Source: an archaeon (GTDB taxonomy: Archaea > Iainarchaeota > Iainarchaeia > Iainarchaeales > JAAZKV01). From it: a stretch of 47,330 nucleotides of DNA. The notes under the pieces were generated by a model that ran no database searches, was not told where the DNA came from, and saw only the letters and a program-made list of their open reading frames with translations. Positions within the stretch are counted from its first letter, which is position 1. Each line of letters opens with the position of its first letter. The stretch covers positions 1 to 47,330 of the forward strand of contig DAOQRN010000004.1 in the NCBI GenBank assembly GCA_035355675.1, in the 5' to 3' direction. Positions 43,375 to 47,330 of the stretch are shown in pieces. The translations under genes were made by a program, and so were the position numbers.

Positions 43375-45987
43375 ATGAATTTAGATGATAAATTATCTGA
43401 GTTTTTACAAACACAGGATTTTGATAAAAAAATTGAACTAGCATTGGAACTTGCTTTGGATTATTCTAATATTGGTGATTTAAATAAATCTAAAGAATTT
43501 TATGGGAAACATTACTTTTATTTAGCAGAACAACAATCTTATGTTGGTGAACTTGATTTAAGTTTTATAAATTATGAAAAATCATTTGAGTATTATAAGG
43601 AGATAGGTGATTTTGTTGGATTATGCGGCCTCATGAAAAAAGTTAGTTCTAAATTAAGAAAAAGTTTAAAATATCAAAATTATGTAGTTGCTAAAAAGTT
43701 TGCTGAATTAAATAAAAAAATAATTGACAATGCATCAAAAATAAATCCATCTTTTTCAAAATCTGATGATTTAAATTTATACAATCATTTGGCTAAAGTA
43801 AATATTTGGGAAATTGAACTTGCTGAAATTAATAAAAAAGATTATGCATTAAGAATTGATTATTATAAAAAACTTATGGATGAATATTATCAAATAAAAG
43901 AAATTAATATCGATTATTTGAAAGGGTATTATTATCATTCAGCTAATTATAATTCATTGATGGGTGGTAAAAACTTTTCTGAAGAAAACTATTCTTTGGC
44001 AAGAAAAAATTATTTTTTAGCAATCGAATTTTTTGAAAAATTAGAATCTTATAATCCTGCATTTCATTGTTGGTCAAGTGTTTTGAATACTTTTCCAAAA
44101 GAAATTGATAAAGGTGTTGATAATTTAATAGATTTTGAAAAAAACTTTAATAAATTTATTTATGATTATGAAAAAAAGAAAGGAATTAAAGAAGAAGAAT
44201 TTGTGGATTTGGTAGGATTTGTTTATAAAAAGTTGTCTATGTATTTTAGAAAAAGAAAGAATTTTGAAAAATCTGATCTTTATTCAAAAAAGGCAATTGA
44301 TTTGTATTCTAAGTTATCTGGAGTTAATTTAAATTCTTCAATGAAATATGGGTTGTTATGGTCGAGATATTTTCAATTACAAAGTTCAATAAAAAAATTG
44401 AAAAGTAGTGGCGTTTCAATAGATGAGAAATTAGTAGTTTACGAGAAATTAAAAAAAGAAGGCGAGTCTGCCGTATTGGAAATTAAAGACCCTGTAGAAA
44501 AAGAAAAATTCAATAAAGTTTATTTAAATGATTTAGCACAATATCATAAATTTTTAGCATTAAAAAATAAATATGATAAAGAAAATTTTATTTTAAATAT
44601 TGACAAAGCAATTGAATACTCAAAAGAAACAGATGATAGCAATTCTGTTGAGTATCTTTCAGCAATTAAACTTGAACATTTAGCTATTTTTGAAAAGGAT
44701 TTTAAAATTAAAATTGATCTGTTTTCAAAAGCAAAGGATAGTTATTATAAACTTGGTTTTAAAGAGGTGGCTAAACAGATTGACCTTTTAATAAAATACA
44801 CCTATTTAGTGGATAAGGTAAAGATAGGTGATTATGATTCAGCAATAAATCTTATTGATCAAATTTCAAAAGAAATTAAAAATTTAAAAAGTTATAATCC
44901 AATTTTATCTGATCTTTATAAAGAACGATATTTATTATTGGCGAGAAAGGCAATCTTCTCTGAGGATTGGGATGTTGCACAGAAAAATATTCAAATTTGG
45001 TTGGATGAAAGTATTGATTCTGATGGAACAAAAAAGTATTTGTTTAATAGTGCATTTTTTGAAATTGTTAAGGCTATGTCATTGAAAGGAGTTTCAATAG
45101 AATCACTTTCAAAGATTGAAAATGATTTGTTAAAAATAAAATTAAATAATTTGGGGATGGAGGTGTATAATTTAGTTTCATTAGTTTATTCTTTTTTAGT
45201 TTTAAAAAAACTTGGTGTAGTTAGTGAATCTGTACTTAATGAGATTAGATTAAGCATCATAAAAATAGCTACTGACGAGCATTTTTCGTCAGAATTAAAA
45301 AATGATTCTCGAATAAAAGTTGCTTTGGAGGAAAAAGAATGGTTAAGTAGGATTTCAATGAACTTAATTGAAGTTTATGATAAAAATGATTATTTTTTAA
45401 GTGATGTTCAAGAAGAATTCAAAGACAGTGCTATTCAAAGATTTTACAAATTTATTGAAAATTTATTTGTAAACTTTTTATCATACACTATGCAAAAAAA
45501 TTGGGGTGAAAATTGGGAGTCTAAATGTGTGTCTATTATTGACAAAGAAATTTATAAGTGGACTTTTGGAGAACAAGTTATTTTTTTGAAAGCTCTTGTT
45601 AGTGAAGGAGTTAAGTTTGAATTGATTGATGATAACTTTTTGAAATTATTAGATTCGCATGTAACTGTTAGAAATAAATTAACTCATAATTATTCAGAAA
45701 CCAGTTTTGCTGAAAAAATTGATGAAATTAAAAAAATTATTTTTGTTATTGTTCAAAATTCCCCAATTTTAATAAAAGTAATTTCTGATAAAAAAGCTCC
45801 TTGGTACTGCGTTGAAGCTGATTGGGGGAAAGTTCAGAAAAGATTTGATATCAATTCGAAAAAGCTACTTTCACTAAATAAACTTTATTTGATGGATTTA
45901 AGAGTTGAACCAACTCTTGAAGGCAAAAAACCAATTTTCCTGGAGTCTAATGAAATATTTGAAATTGATATTCCCTCTAAAAATTAA
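43375..45987 (+). CDS. Large helical-repeat (TPR-like) protein with C-terminal HEPN-like (Rx4H) domain
   Basis: 870 aa. About 680 aa of Y/K/E/L-rich helical repeats come first. Next is FYKFIENLFVNFL, NWGENW, WTFGEQVIFLKAL, HVTVRNKLTHNY with R766-x4-H771 (nt 45670-45687). A ~80-aa beta-rich tail follows. Confidence 0.55.
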   Translation: MNLDDKLSEFLQTQDFDKKIELALELALDYSNIGDLNKSKEFYGKHYFYLAEQQSYVGELDLSFINYEKSFEYYKEIGDFVGLCGLMKKVSSKLRKSLKYQNYVVAKKFAELNKKIIDNASKINPSFSKSDDLNLYNHLAKVNIWEIELAEINKKDYALRIDYYKKLMDEYYQIKEINIDYLKGYYYHSANYNSLMGGKNFSEENYSLARKNYFLAIEFFEKLESYNPAFHCWSSVLNTFPKEIDKGVDNLIDFEKNFNKFIYDYEKKKGIKEEEFVDLVGFVYKKLSMYFRKRKNFEKSDLYSKKAIDLYSKLSGVNLNSSMKYGLLWSRYFQLQSSIKKLKSSGVSIDEKLVVYEKLKKEGESAVLEIKDPVEKEKFNKVYLNDLAQYHKFLALKNKYDKENFILNIDKAIEYSKETDDSNSVEYLSAIKLEHLAIFEKDFKIKIDLFSKAKDSYYKLGFKEVAKQIDLLIKYTYLVDKVKIGDYDSAINLIDQISKEIKNLKSYNPILSDLYKERYLLLARKAIFSEDWDVAQKNIQIWLDESIDSDGTKKYLFNSAFFEIVKAMSLKGVSIESLSKIENDLLKIKLNNLGMEVYNLVSLVYSFLVLKKLGVVSESVLNEIRLSIIKIATDEHFSSELKNDSRIKVALEEKEWLSRISMNLIEVYDKNDYFLSDVQEEFKDSAIQRFYKFIENLFVNFLSYTMQKNWGENWESKCVSIIDKEIYKWTFGEQVIFLKALVSEGVKFELIDDNFLKLLDSHVTVRNKLTHNYSETSFAEKIDEIKKIIFVIVQNSPILIKVISDKKAPWYCVEADWGKVQKRFDINSKKLLSLNKLYLMDLRVEPTLEGKKPIFLESNEIFEIDIPSKN

Positions 45988-46044
45988 CTCTTTTTTATTG
46001 ATTTAGAAACTAATTAAAACCATTCTTAACCTAATTTTGTTATT

Positions 46045-47330
46045 ATGTTTGAACAAGTTTTTAAGAAAATTGATGATATTCTTTGGAAAGACGCTGGATG
46101 TGGTAGTGAGTTAGATTATGTTGAGCAAACTTCTTGGATTCTTTTTTTGAAATACCTTGATGATCTTGAAAAAGAAAAAAAGATTTCAGCTAAATTAGCA
46201 GGAAAAACTTATACTAGCATAATTAGTTCAGAATTTCAGTGGAGTGTTTGGGCTGTTCCTAAAGGAAGAGATGGTAAGTTGGATGATCATAAAGCTCTTA
46301 CTGGTGATGATTTAATCGATTTTGTTAATCAAAAATTATTTCCTTATTTAAAAAAGTTTAAAGTAAATGCTGAAAGTCCAGACACTATTCAATATAAGAT
46401 TGGGGAAATTTTTAGTGAATTAAAGAACCGAGTTCAAAGTGGATATAATTTGCGAGAAGTAATTAATCTAATTGATCAACTGCGTTTTGGTTCAAACGCT
46501 GAAAAACATGAAATGTCACACTTATATGAATCAAAAATTCAAAATATGGGTAACGCTGGAAGAAATGGTGGAGAATATTACACTCCGCGTCCATTGATTA
46601 AAACAATTGTTAAAGTTGTAGAACCAAAAATTGGAGATAAAATTTATGATGGTGCTGTTGGTTCAGCAGGGTTCTTATGTGAAGCATTTGAGTATTTAAA
46701 GAACAGTAAAAATCTTGCGACTAAAGATTTAGAAACACTTCAAAAGAATACTTTTTATGGAAAAGAGAAAAAATCACTTGCATATATTATTGGGATTATG
46801 AATTTGATTTTTCATGGAGTTAGTTCTCCAAACATAATTCACACAAATACTCTTTCCACAAATATAACTGATATTCAAGAAAAAGATAAATATGATGTTG
46901 TTTTAGCAAATCCTCCGTTTGGTGGAAAAGAACGAATAGAAGTTCAACAGAATTTTCCAATTAAAACTGGGGAAACTGCTTTTCTATTTTTACAACATTT
47001 TATTAAAATATTGAAAGCTGAAGGTAAAGCTGGAATTGTTATAAAAAACACATTTTTATCAAATACTGATAATGCATCAATTTCGCTTAGAAAACATTTA
47101 TTGGAAAGTTGTAATCTACACACTGTTTTAGATTTGCCCAGTGGGACATTTTTGGGGGCTGGAGTAAAAACAGTTGTGTTATTTTTTGAGAAAGGTGCCC
47201 CAACAAGAAAAATATATTATTACCAACTTAATTTAGATAGAAATTTAGGTAAGACTAATCCTTTGAATGAAAATGATTTAGCTGAATTTGTTAAATTACA
47301 AAAAACAAAAGCTAATTCGGATAATTCATG
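46045..47330 (+). CDS. hsdM: Type I restriction-modification system methyltransferase subunit (partial, runs off the right edge)
   Basis: My translation from the ATG at 46045 has no stop to the end of the window. It has the HsdM N-domain pattern (ILWKDAGCGSELDYVEQTSWILFLKYLDD), YYTPRPL, AdoMet motif I DGAVGSAGF, and motif IV NPPFGG at 46909 onward. Not in the ORF track because it has no stop. Confidence 0.9.
   Translation, partial: MFEQVFKKIDDILWKDAGCGSELDYVEQTSWILFLKYLDDLEKEKKISAKLAGKTYTSIISSEFQWSVWAVPKGRDGKLDDHKALTGDDLIDFVNQKLFPYLKKFKVNAESPDTIQYKIGEIFSELKNRVQSGYNLREVINLIDQLRFGSNAEKHEMSHLYESKIQNMGNAGRNGGEYYTPRPLIKTIVKVVEPKIGDKIYDGAVGSAGFLCEAFEYLKNSKNLATKDLETLQKNTFYGKEKKSLAYIIGIMNLIFHGVSSPNIIHTNTLSTNITDIQEKDKYDVVLANPPFGGKERIEVQQNFPIKTGETAFLFLQHFIKILKAEGKAGIVIKNTFLSNTDNASISLRKHLLESCNLHTVLDLPSGTFLGAGVKTVVLFFEKGAPTRKIYYYQLNLDRNLGKTNPLNENDLAEFVKLQKTKANSDNS

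Overview
AT-rich archaeal window, about 30% GC by eye, with GC-rich islands only at RNA genes. All calls come from reading the sequence and recognising motifs; no database search was run. The archaeal assignment rests on a thermosome, Alba, Sec61-beta, class III (archaeal prepilin) signal peptides, TATA boxes placed for leaderless transcripts, and an archaeal-type ProRS fragment. A form II/III RuBisCO, a tRNA-Ile(UAU) and Lys-rich tails on housekeeping proteins suggest a small-genome DPANN-like archaeon, but that is inference.

Housekeeping content: proS (partial), proB, tRNA-Pro, thermosome, gmk, tRNA-Ile followed by ileS, Sec61-beta, Alba, RuBisCO, tRNA-Leu and ppdK.

Accessory content worth follow-up:
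1. A roughly 12 kb Epd/Tad-like type IV pilus locus (4.1-16.4 kb). It holds seven class-III-signal-peptide proteins, one of them a 745-aa LamG-domain adhesin candidate. It also has a split TadB/TadC-like platform and a PilB/FlaI-type ATPase with a long K/E-rich N-terminal extension. A KaiC/ArlH-like ATPase and two P-loop-less KaiC-like paralogs bracket the locus.
2. Two paralogous GC-rich structured-RNA candidates (33.46-33.65 kb and 39.30-39.52 kb) show compensatory stem changes. They bracket a HerA/FtsK-like ATPase island next to tRNA-Leu.
3. An 870-aa helical-repeat protein with a C-terminal Rx4H HEPN-like domain sits immediately upstream of a type I R-M hsdM gene at the right edge.
4. An internally duplicated histone-fold-like protein.
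5. A BacNav-like voltage-gated channel with a non-canonical selectivity filter.

No CRISPR array, integrase or transposase was recognised.
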